From: an uncultured Bacilli bacterium
GTDB taxonomy: Bacteria; Bacillota_I; Bacilli_A; RF39; UBA660
Direction: 5' to 3'
NCBI GenBank assembly: GCA_910587535.1
Contig: CAJUKM010000002.1
Location: 1 to 62,785 of the forward strand
DNA length: 62,785 bases
Positions 9,682 to 17,825 of the stretch are shown one piece after another. Both the position numbers and the translations under genes were made by a program. The stretch's first letter is position 1. Each line of letters begins with the position of its first letter. Below the pieces are notes generated by a model. That model saw nothing but the letters and a program-made list of their open reading frames with translations, was not told where the DNA came from and did no database searches.

Positions 9682-10305
9682 ATGAAGAAAAAAAATATTT
9701 TGATGATATTGTTCGCTATTTTGATAGTAGTGATAATGATTTTAGCACTTGCTAATGTAATAGATGAAAAAATAGGAATGTGCATTTCAATAGGATTAGT
9801 GACACTATTCAACTTGAGCGTTTCGATATTTGCATTTAAAAAAGACATCAAAATTATAGGCGTATTGATGATTTTATTCATGTTGATAGGACTTACCTTG
9901 TTGGGTATAAATATCTACACGATTATTAATCCAGAAAAAGAGCCCGAGGAAGCTAAGTTCCGGATACTAATTAAAGAGGATAGAAGCGATAGAAAAATAC
10001 TAATTGATGCGAACAACAGAAAGTACTATACGTTCAATTTAGAGACGGTAGATGTCGAATTCAAAGACAAGACGTATTCTTTAAAAGAAGCTTTTGAAGT
10101 AGAAAGAGTGTCTTTAGAGGACATTTTGGATCAAGCTATTCCAAATAACAATACAGACGGATATAAAATATATTACGATGGCGGACAAGGTTATCAAAAT
10201 GATAAATACTCGATAGTAGTTTGTGAGAATTCAAAAAATGTCGTATTTGCACCATACAGTTACAAATACGACCCTAAAATTTGTGAATTTAGCGATGAAG
10301 ATTGA
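9682..10305 (+). CDS. hypothetical membrane protein (3 TM segments plus a soluble C-terminal domain), probably co-transcribed with pilC-pilD
   Basis: ORF with an RBS 17 nt after the pilD stop. Hydrophobic N-terminal ~85 aa. No family recognised. Confidence 0.6.
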   Translation: MKKKNILMILFAILIVVIMILALANVIDEKIGMCISIGLVTLFNLSVSIFAFKKDIKIIGVLMILFMLIGLTLLGINIYTIINPEKEPEEAKFRILIKEDRSDRKILIDANNRKYYTFNLETVDVEFKDKTYSLKEAFEVERVSLEDILDQAIPNNNTDGYKIYYDGGQGYQNDKYSIVVCENSKNVVFAPYSYKYDPKICEFSDED

Positions 10306-10648
10306 TACCTATCATACTTCCAATTATAGAGCCGACTAAGATTACCAAGTAGTAAAGAAATACATAGAGATTGAAGGTTCTATAAAAGAGGATATTCAAT
10401 ACAAATAATATCATTATGGCTATGCCACCTAATTTTAATCCCTCCAAATATCCTTTTTTGGAGGCTTTTTTTCCTTTATGAACACCTCCCATAAAAGATA
10501 TCAGGGCGACAAGTGAAAAGTTAATTTTAGTTATCGTCGTAAGACTCAGAATTCCTGTATGACTTAGTAGAGTCAATAAAGCCAAATAAAGCACAGAAAT
10601 TATCACAATTTTTATAGTCGGTTTTAAATATTTTTTCAGTTTTTCCAT
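10289..10648 (-). CDS. small polytopic membrane protein (YrzE/TIGR04086-like)
   Basis: 119 aa with 4 hydrophobic segments and a central GGVHKGKKASKKGYLEGLKLGG loop. RBS aaggtgg. The family assignment is from memory only. Confidence 0.5.
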   Translation of the reverse strand: MEKLKKYLKPTIKIVIISVLYLALLTLLSHTGILSLTTITKINFSLVALISFMGGVHKGKKASKKGYLEGLKLGGIAIMILFVLNILFYRTFNLYVFLYYLVILVGSIIGSMIGINLHR

Positions 10649-10735
10649 AACTCTAGACCACCTTACTTCAAGTATATGATCAGACTAAATTAAAATATGA
10701 TATACTTTTTAATATTACTATGTTATAATTAAATT

Positions 10736-10905
10736 GTTCAAGAGACTTAAATAAAACCGACTAATGTGATGATTGGGGATCTAATTGAAGTGTGGTGTTG
10801 AATACTTGGGATTCGTCCCTTGGCTCCTAAAGCACTTCATGTGATGACCCACCTGGCGTGAGCGCGGGCTTTTATCACACGTTTCTTGAACATTTTTTAT
10901 GGAAA
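10736..10905 (+). promoter_or_regulatory. structured 5' leader (candidate riboswitch/attenuator, class unknown) upstream of tcdA
   Basis: Extended -10 tgttataat at about 10720-10728 predicts a ~170-nt leader. It contains a UUCG hairpin (10808-10819), helix gaagtg/cacttc (10787-10792 / 10833-10838), a 9-nt direct repeat atgtgatga (10764-10772 and 10839-10847) whose copies can each pair with atcaca at 10874-10879, and a GC-rich GNRA-capped hairpin (10852-10868) followed by cuuuu. Confidence 0.3.
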
Positions 10906-10915
10906 GGTTTATGAT

Positions 10916-11593
10916 ATGTTCGATAGATTAGAATCTTTGATCGGTAAAGAAAAAATGAAACTCATTGCTTCCCAAAAAATTTTAGTTTTTGGAGTAGGCG
11001 GAGTAGGCGGTTATGTAGTTGAGAGTTTAGTACGAAGTGGTATAAGTAAAATAACTATAGTCGATTGCGACAAAATAGAAAAGTCCAATTTAAATAGACA
11101 AATAATTGCCTTGAATTCGACATTAGGCAAATATAAAGTTGATGTCATGCGAGAACGTGTCATTGATATAAATCCAAATATCGAGATAGAAGCTTTAAAA
11201 ATGAAAGTTACTATCGATAACTTGGGCAGTTTTGTCTTCGATGATTTCGATTACATAGTCGATGCGATCGACGACGTGGCGGTGAAAGTCGAAATAGCTA
11301 AAAAAGCTCTAGAGAAAAACGTAAAATTGGTGATGTCTACTGGCACCGCTAAAAAGTTAGACCCTTCTAAACTTTGTATGACAACATTAAATAAGACTTC
11401 ATACGATCCTCTAGCAAGAGTTTTAAGGAGAGAACTTAGAGAGTATGACACCTCTAAATTGGTCGTACTTGCTAGCACTGAAGAGCCGATAAAAGCGGGT
11501 AACACAGACCTCGGCAGCAGTGTCTTTGTACCTTCATCTGGGGGATTAATGATATCGAGTCATATAATTAGGGACATAATTAAAGATATATAA
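10916..11593 (+). CDS. tcdA: tRNA threonylcarbamoyladenosine dehydratase (ThiF/E1-like, TcdA/CsdL family)
   Basis: Rossmann motif ILVFGVGGVGGYVVESL...IVDCDKIEKSNLNRQ. About 225 aa, typical of TcdA. ATG 10916 with RBS ggaaagg is preferred over the track TTG at 10886. Confidence 0.8.
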   Translation: MFDRLESLIGKEKMKLIASQKILVFGVGGVGGYVVESLVRSGISKITIVDCDKIEKSNLNRQIIALNSTLGKYKVDVMRERVIDINPNIEIEALKMKVTIDNLGSFVFDDFDYIVDAIDDVAVKVEIAKKALEKNVKLVMSTGTAKKLDPSKLCMTTLNKTSYDPLARVLRRELREYDTSKLVVLASTEEPIKAGNTDLGSSVFVPSSGGLMISSHIIRDIIKDI

Positions 11594-11620
11594 AGAGATC
11601 GCATTTACGATCTTCTTTGT
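11594..11620 (+). terminator. probable terminator after tcdA
   Basis: Stem agatcg (11596-11601) / cgatct (11608-11613), followed by a T-rich tract. Confidence 0.4.
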
Positions 11621-11790
11621 ATTCAAACAACGAATACAATTCATGAATATATAGAGGACTAAGGGCAATGTGTTATTCTTAATTAGAATAGAGAATACAG
11701 AATTCGACACAGTTTTAGATAGAATTTTTAATATAATTTAAACCAAATGACAGTAATTAAGGTATTCTAAAAATGATAAGAGGCTAGTTT

Positions 11791-13341
11791 ATGAGCGATA
11801 AAAATAATAGAAGAAAGATATTTGTTTTAGGACTGTGTGCAATTACCATAGTGTTAGCAAGTACTATAGGGACATATGCCTACTTTATGACTAATTTAGG
11901 TAGAGAAGAAAAACAAGAATTGACAGTGACAACAGGAAAACTAGCTTTAGTATTCGAGGACAATTCAGATGGTATAAATGCAGCTCTTTCGTTGGGTGAA
12001 AGTGTAACTAAAGAATTTAAGATTAGAAACACTGGAACACAGGATGTCACCACTAATATGTTATTTAGCGAAATGATAAATACTTACATGGAAGAATCTT
12101 TATCATACAGATTGGAGTATAAAACTTCAGTAGATGGAGAATGGTCTAATGTCGAAACGTCAAATAACAATGTTCCTCAATCTAGGAAGTCAGCAGAAAA
12201 GAATTTAGCTACAAATTTGAATATTCCAGCAGGTGTAACATACTACTATAAACTGACTATTACATTTAACGACTTAGATATTAATCAGAACGTTGATATA
12301 GATGCAATATTTGCAAGTAAATTTAAAATAGGAGATGCAATAACACCATCAAAAGAGACACTAGATTACCTAGAAGTAGTAGCCAATAAAACAACACCAA
12401 ATTTTGTAGAGCCAGCAATGACAGATGAAGGAGTTTTTGCATTAGAGGATGATTATGGAACAAGTTATTACTATCGAGGAGCAGTGACAAATAACTACGT
12501 TAAATTCGCGGGATTCTACTGGAGAATCATCAGAATAAATGGAGATGGTAGTTTAAGGATCATATATGATGGAACACAAGGATATGCGAATGGAGTATCA
12601 AATACAGGAAGACTAGCATACACAGGAAAAGCATTCAATGCACAGTATAATGATGCGAAATATGTCGGATGGATGTTTGGAGGAGCGCAAGGAACGGCAA
12701 GTACATCAAAGTCTCAAGCCCAAACGAATACGACTAATTCAGATATAAAGACCTTAGTAGATTCGTGGTATAAAGAGAATATAGTAGAAAAAAATCTGAG
12801 TGATAAAGTGTCAGATACGCTATTCTGTAATGATAGATCTACTCCTGGTAAAGAAGAAACAGGATTGAGTAATGATACGGGATTGGGTTATGGAAGAAAT
12901 GTAACTGCTTATGGAGCAATAGCAAGAACAAATCGGTGGAATACAGATCTAAGTAAGGTGAACCCGATATTCACATGTCCACAAAAGAATGATGCATTTA
13001 CTGTTAGTGATGAGAATAAAGGAAATGGTGATTTAACATACCCAGTAGGTTTGATCACAGCAGATGAAATATTAGCAGCCGGAAGTGGAAAGTATTATGC
13101 AACAGCAACCTCAAGTGGTTATCTATATAAAGGATCATGGTATTGGTCGTTATCGCCTTACTATATCAACGGTAGTATTGCAGTTGTATTTAATTCATCC
13201 GGCCGTATTGGAGGCATGGCTGTCTATGAGGTTACGGGTGCTGTTGCTCCAGTAATAAACCTAAAGCCAGAATATGTAAAAACCATGATAGGTGATGGAA
13301 CTATCAATAATCCTTATAGAGATATAAACGATATTTTATAG
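11791..13341 (+). CDS. secreted protein, paralog 1: SipW/TasA-type signal peptide + TasA/camelysin-like N-domain + conserved two-Cys C-terminal domain
   Basis: The N-terminus ...ASTIGTYAYFMTN then TVTTGKLAL...SLGESVTKEFKIRNTG mirrors TasA/CalY (GTWAAFND ... SGTLDL ... LKPGDKLTKDFQFENNG). The C-domain DDYGTSYYYRGAVTNNYVKFAGFYWRIIRINGDGS...FCNDR...FTCPQKNDAF...GLITADE...WYWSLSP...VAPVINLK is shared by all four paralogs. Confidence 0.8.
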   Translation: MSDKNNRRKIFVLGLCAITIVLASTIGTYAYFMTNLGREEKQELTVTTGKLALVFEDNSDGINAALSLGESVTKEFKIRNTGTQDVTTNMLFSEMINTYMEESLSYRLEYKTSVDGEWSNVETSNNNVPQSRKSAEKNLATNLNIPAGVTYYYKLTITFNDLDINQNVDIDAIFASKFKIGDAITPSKETLDYLEVVANKTTPNFVEPAMTDEGVFALEDDYGTSYYYRGAVTNNYVKFAGFYWRIIRINGDGSLRIIYDGTQGYANGVSNTGRLAYTGKAFNAQYNDAKYVGWMFGGAQGTASTSKSQAQTNTTNSDIKTLVDSWYKENIVEKNLSDKVSDTLFCNDRSTPGKEETGLSNDTGLGYGRNVTAYGAIARTNRWNTDLSKVNPIFTCPQKNDAFTVSDENKGNGDLTYPVGLITADEILAAGSGKYYATATSSGYLYKGSWYWSLSPYYINGSIAVVFNSSGRIGGMAVYEVTGAVAPVINLKPEYVKTMIGDGTINNPYRDINDIL

Positions 13342-13356
13342 AAAAGTGTGATAAAT

Positions 13357-15153
13357 ATGAATGAAAAAAGAAAGAACATGATAATCCTTACAGTATGTGC
13401 AATAACTTTGATGCTCGCAAGTATCTTAGGAACATACGCTTACTTCATGTCCAATATAAATAACGATAGCAGACAGGAAGCAGAAGTCGATACTGGTACT
13501 ATGAGACTCAGATTTGCCGACAATGATGAAGGCATAAATGCGAAGTTGATGTTAGGTGAATCCATAACTAAGAAGTTCACTTTAGAAAACACTGGAACAT
13601 TAGATGCCACAGTATCTATAGAGTGGTTAGACATGATAAACACTTACACACTAGGTAGTCTTACGTACACACTCGAATATTCAGAGACAGAAGATGGAGA
13701 CTATATTGAACTAGTGTCTTCAACTAATGTTCCAACATCTAGTTCAGAGTTCACAAGTACATTAGTGCCGGACATAACTATTCCAGTAGGAAAAACTTAC
13801 TTCTACAATTTAGTGATAACCTTGAATAATTTGAATGACGTAGATCAAACAGAAGACTTGAATGCAAGCTTCTCTACAAAGTTCATAGTAAGTCAACCAT
13901 CTACAAATAGGAAATATACTTTAACTATAGATCCAAACGGGGGAACTATAGACGGATCAAGTGAGATTCAGACTTTAAGTATGAACGTAGGAAATACTTA
14001 TGAATTAGGAACGAACGATACTACAGGGTATAGAAAATTTGAAGGATGGACTATTTCGGGTTACGATAGTTCAATAGAGGATACTACAATAACTATAGGA
14101 AAATCTAACGTAAAAATAGTAGCAAAATATGACAGTTTCAAGATACAAGAAGCGATTAAAGCTTTAGAGAATGGAGAAACTCCAAAGTATGTGAATACAT
14201 CAATGCCAACCTTTGTAAATACAGCGACGACAGATGAAGGAGTCTTCGCGATGGAAGATGACTACGGAACGAGTTACTACTATCGAGGAGCAGTGGAGAA
14301 CAACTACGTCAAGTTTGGAGACTTCTATTGGAGAATTATTAGAATCAATGGAGATGGAAGTGTAAGAATTCAATATGACGGAGCTAAAGGATATGAAAAT
14401 ACTGTAGAAAATGCAGATAGATTAATATATACTAATAGACTTTTTAATACTCAATTTTATGATGCGAAGTATGTCGGATGGATGTTTGGAGGAGCACAAG
14501 GACAAGCAAGTACTTCAAAAGCACAGGGGCAAACAAACGAAACAGATTCAGAGATGAAGATATTAGTAGATTCATGGTATAAGACAAACATTGTAGATAA
14601 AAATTTAGGGGATAAAGTTTCGGACACATTATTCTGTAACGATAGAACAACACCAGGAAGAGAGGCAACAGGCTGGAATCTTGATACAGGAATAGGATAT
14701 GGAAATAATTATACCTCTTTTGGAGCAACTGTTAGGGCAAATGGGTATAATGTCGAATCGATAAAAGCAAAGCCTATGTTTAAGTGTCCACAAAAAAACG
14801 ATGCATTCACCGTGAGTGATGAAGTATTAGGAAACGGTGACTTGACCTATCCAGTAGGTCTGATTACAGCGGATGAAATAGTTGCAGCGGGAAGCGGAGA
14901 ATTTCATACACCAAATACTAATTATTACTTGTATAAAGGGGTATGGTATTGGTCATTCTCACCATATGCATTTAGTGGAAATGGCTCTTATATGTTTGTC
15001 GTGAATGGCTCTGGTATAGGTCGTCTAGACGCAGCTTATGTGAATGATACGCGTGGAGCAGTCGCCCCAGTTATCAATCTGAAGGCTGATTACGTGGAAA
15101 CTCTTATAGGAGATGGAACTATCAATAATCCTTATAGAGAGGTTATTAAATAA
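13357..15153 (+). CDS. secreted protein, paralog 2 (same family, with an inserted Listeria-Bacteroides/Flg_new-type repeat)
   Basis: Same signal (SILGTYAYFMSN) and C-domain as paralog 1. It has an extra ~75-aa segment YTLTIDPNGGTIDG...GYRKFEGWTISG...VAKYD. Starts 16 nt after paralog 1 (the track starts at GTG 13348). Confidence 0.8.
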   Translation: MNEKRKNMIILTVCAITLMLASILGTYAYFMSNINNDSRQEAEVDTGTMRLRFADNDEGINAKLMLGESITKKFTLENTGTLDATVSIEWLDMINTYTLGSLTYTLEYSETEDGDYIELVSSTNVPTSSSEFTSTLVPDITIPVGKTYFYNLVITLNNLNDVDQTEDLNASFSTKFIVSQPSTNRKYTLTIDPNGGTIDGSSEIQTLSMNVGNTYELGTNDTTGYRKFEGWTISGYDSSIEDTTITIGKSNVKIVAKYDSFKIQEAIKALENGETPKYVNTSMPTFVNTATTDEGVFAMEDDYGTSYYYRGAVENNYVKFGDFYWRIIRINGDGSVRIQYDGAKGYENTVENADRLIYTNRLFNTQFYDAKYVGWMFGGAQGQASTSKAQGQTNETDSEMKILVDSWYKTNIVDKNLGDKVSDTLFCNDRTTPGREATGWNLDTGIGYGNNYTSFGATVRANGYNVESIKAKPMFKCPQKNDAFTVSDEVLGNGDLTYPVGLITADEIVAAGSGEFHTPNTNYYLYKGVWYWSFSPYAFSGNGSYMFVVNGSGIGRLDAAYVNDTRGAVAPVINLKADYVETLIGDGTINNPYREVIK

Positions 15154-15162
15154 TATGAGTTA

Positions 15163-15187
15163 AAATGCCTAGATTGGCATTTTTTAT
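15163..15187 (+). terminator. rho-independent terminator after the paralog pair
   Basis: Stem aaatgcc (15163-15169) / ggcattt (15176-15182), followed by a T-run. Confidence 0.7.
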
Positions 15188-15216
15188 TTGACTTTGATCT
15201 CAGTTATTTTTATAAT
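15188..15216 (+). promoter_or_regulatory. consensus sigma-A promoter for the amidoligase-like gene
   Basis: TTGACT (15188-15193), exactly 17 nt, TATAAT (15211-15216). Confidence 0.65.
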
Positions 15217-15243
15217 ATGTTTCTATCAAAAGGGGATGAGAAG

Positions 15244-16803
15244 ATGGAATTGCCATCTATAAATTTGGAAGAACAAAAAATGCTAATATCGTGTCTTGAC
15301 GAAGGATGTTTAGCTGGCTCGGATATTACGTTCATTTTGACGTTGCTAGTCAATGAAGAATTATTTTTAACACATTTAGTACAACATCAAAATGTCGTTA
15401 CTGTTGAGATTTTAGATAGACTTAAAACTTTGGACGATTTAAAACTAGAGAGTCTTCTGAATTCAGTAGGCTCTCGCACATTAATATCTTATATAATAGC
15501 ATCTTTTAAAGACAAAAATAAGCAAATACAACACATCGAATCTTATTCTAGCGACGAAGAGATGTTATTCAACATAGGAATGAATTTAGATTGTTCTGAG
15601 ATGATAATTAAAATTATCTCGATGATATATTCTAGAAACGAATATAGGGTTACCCTAGCTAGTATGCTTACAGAAGAAGATATATGTAGATACTTAAACT
15701 CTGATGTTTCTTTAGCGAGGAAATGTTTTATGTTGCGCTATTGCCCATACGACGAATTAAAAATAAGATTTTTAGATGAAAACAGATCTATTATTCCTAG
15801 ATACCAAATAGAGGGATTAATAAAATCTATAAGTTCTGAAAGTATTAGATCGCAAGCGATAGAAATAGAAAAAGATTTAATAGATAATGATGAATCTGAA
15901 AAGAATTACGATTCAGAATTTCATATATTTGATGGATTAAAAGACGCTCTTCCTCATGAGCTTGCACACGGTTTGGAAATAGAGATGACTGGTTGTATAG
16001 CAAAAAGTCTCGCTAAAAAAGGTGGCTATATCTTCGGATTTGAAATCAAAGATGAAATTACAGTCGACGATGGAATCGAATTTACTTCTGACAAAATGTA
16101 TTTTAGAAGAAAAGATTTAGAGAGCATATACTCGGTGTGTCGATATGCTAAAAATAGTGGACTAAAACCTAATTATCAGTGCTCAAATCATTTACATTTT
16201 GATGCAAGCTTTCTAGATTGTTATGAAGCGTGGTATTATTTTTTTTACATATATACTAAAGTAGAAAGAATATTATTCATAATTGCCAATAGAGAAGGTA
16301 CCACGCCTAGACCTTTTATATATAAGTATGCGACTCCTTTTAGTAGAAGATATTCTGAAATTATAGAAAAGATCGACCAGTCGCCTAAAGTTGACGATTT
16401 TATACGCAGTGTAAAGAAAATCTCTAATAAAAAGGCAGATGCACTTAACGTCTTGAACATTGGAAGTAAAGAAAAAAATACTGTCGAGATAAGAATACCC
16501 AACGGAGATGATGATGCAGATATAATGATACAAAACATTTTATTGTTCGGTAATATGTTTTTTACAGCAAGAAAATTATCGCGTTTACCTATGAGCCCGG
16601 ATAAGTATGAGCTTTTACACGCTCTAGACGAGGCGAAAGAGGAACAGGAAGTGTTAGAGATCTTTTTGAAGATGATATTTAGAGAAGAAGCTAACAGAGA
16701 GATTTTTAGAAAAAGATATTTTGCTAATCGAGATCTGTTCGAAAATTGTCAAACGGGAATTAAAGAAGATTTTAAATCTTTTAGATTAAATCCGAGATCT
16801 TAA
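15244..16803 (+). CDS. two-domain protein: helical N-terminal region + putative amidoligase (GS-like, Amidoligase_2-type) C-terminal domain
   Basis: The C-terminal half shows the amidoligase pattern: GLEIEMTG ... DDGIEFTS ... CSNHLHFD ... ALNVLNIGSKEKNTVEIRIPNG. ATG 15244 with RBS aaagggga is preferred because ATG 15217 abuts the -10 box. Confidence 0.55.
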   Translation: MELPSINLEEQKMLISCLDEGCLAGSDITFILTLLVNEELFLTHLVQHQNVVTVEILDRLKTLDDLKLESLLNSVGSRTLISYIIASFKDKNKQIQHIESYSSDEEMLFNIGMNLDCSEMIIKIISMIYSRNEYRVTLASMLTEEDICRYLNSDVSLARKCFMLRYCPYDELKIRFLDENRSIIPRYQIEGLIKSISSESIRSQAIEIEKDLIDNDESEKNYDSEFHIFDGLKDALPHELAHGLEIEMTGCIAKSLAKKGGYIFGFEIKDEITVDDGIEFTSDKMYFRRKDLESIYSVCRYAKNSGLKPNYQCSNHLHFDASFLDCYEAWYYFFYIYTKVERILFIIANREGTTPRPFIYKYATPFSRRYSEIIEKIDQSPKVDDFIRSVKKISNKKADALNVLNIGSKEKNTVEIRIPNGDDDADIMIQNILLFGNMFFTARKLSRLPMSPDKYELLHALDEAKEEQEVLEIFLKMIFREEANREIFRKRYFANRDLFENCQTGIKEDFKSFRLNPRS

Positions 16804-16948
16804 AAAGAAGGTGTAAAAAAATTGCAAACTTTTGTGTAAAGTGTGTCTTTTTTTTATTTTGTCGAACCATTTTTATGAGATAATGTTCTTACTAGAAGAG
16901 AGTTTAGGGCTTTCTAATTTGGAATTATATGGAAATGCAGTTAAAAAC

Positions 16949-16977
16949 TTGCAAAAAATGTAATTCTGTGTTAGGAT
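16949..16977 (+). promoter_or_regulatory. promoter of the polysaccharide locus
   Basis: TTGCAA (16949-16954), 17 nt, TAGGAT (16972-16977), with TGT immediately upstream (extended -10). Confidence 0.5.
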
Positions 16978-17011
16978 ATGCCTCATTAAACGAGAAAGGG
17001 GTAAGATTTTT

Positions 17012-17692
17012 ATGTTTGAAGAAAGTTTGAGTAAAAGTAGGGTTGAGACTAGAATTAATACTGCTGTTAAACCAGAGCACCTATATCTCATAGTTAAAAG
17101 AGCAGCAGATATCATTTTATCTGGTATAGGGTTGATATTGGTGGCACCTATATTGTTGATTGTAGCAGTTTTAATCAAGTTGGATTCTAAGGGACCTGTT
17201 TTTCTCGATCAAAAGAGAATAGGTAAAGACGGTAAGATGTTTAGAATATATAAATTTAGATCCATGGTCGATCATGCTGAAGATGTGCTTATGGAACTCA
17301 TGGAAAACGATCCCGCTATTAAAGAAGAATATACTACTAAGAAAAAATTGGAAAATGACCCTCGTGTCACTAAAATAGGTAAATTCATCAGAAAAACTTC
17401 TATTGATGAGCTGCCTCAGCTCATCAATATCTTCTTAGGAGATATGAGTTTGGTAGGACCTAGACCTTATTTAGCTATGGAAATCGAAGACATGGGACTT
17501 ACTTATTTTACAATTATTAAGATGACTCCAGGACTTACTGGACCATGGCAAGTAGCTGGTCGCAGTAACATAGGATTTAGAGAAAGATGTGCAATCGACT
17601 GCCGTTATTACAAGGATCGTTCTTTAAAAGATGACTTTAAAATCATACTTAAAACTTTTAAAGTCGTTCTCGGTAGAAAAGGTGCAAAATAA
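17012..17692 (+). CDS. undecaprenyl-phosphate sugar phosphotransferase (bacterial sugar transferase, EpsL/WbaP C-terminal type), initiating enzyme
   Basis: IVKRAADIILSGIGLILVAPILL...KGPVFLDQKRIGKDGKMFRIYKFRSM...DELPQLINIFLGDMSLVGPRP. Confidence 0.85.
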   Translation: MFEESLSKSRVETRINTAVKPEHLYLIVKRAADIILSGIGLILVAPILLIVAVLIKLDSKGPVFLDQKRIGKDGKMFRIYKFRSMVDHAEDVLMELMENDPAIKEEYTTKKKLENDPRVTKIGKFIRKTSIDELPQLINIFLGDMSLVGPRPYLAMEIEDMGLTYFTIIKMTPGLTGPWQVAGRSNIGFRERCAIDCRYYKDRSLKDDFKIILKTFKVVLGRKGAK

Positions 17693-17825
17693 AAAGAATA
17701 AAAGATACTTTAGATGCTCATTAGTTTAAATTGACTATTAGGGTATAGAACTATTATAATATGACTATATGCATGATAAGTATTTTCGTGTGTATAGTCT
17801 TTTTGTTTAGAAGGGGATTAGTATT

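Noticed and set aside
10736-10905. Tried to assign the tcdA leader to SRP RNA, 6S RNA, T-box, TPP, ZTP or c-di-AMP riboswitch classes
   Set aside because: The defining consensus elements are absent on both strands. These include GGAAGCAGCC for SRP domain IV, GGGUGGUACCGCG for T-box, CUGAGA...ACCUGAUCUGG for TPP and CCGCCUGGGC for ZTP. It is kept only as an unclassified structured leader.
11791-11900. Idea that the four paralogs are substrates of the prepilin peptidase encoded at 8906-9664
   Set aside because: Their N-termini lack the G|F-T-L-x-E class III motif. The hydrophobic segment ends in GTYAYF, which fits SipW/TasA-type processing instead.
15217-15243. ATG 15217 as the start of the amidoligase-like gene (track coordinates)
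   Set aside because: The TATAAT -10 box (15211-15216) abuts this ATG, so it would lie upstream of the transcription start and has no RBS. ATG 15244 has a good RBS.
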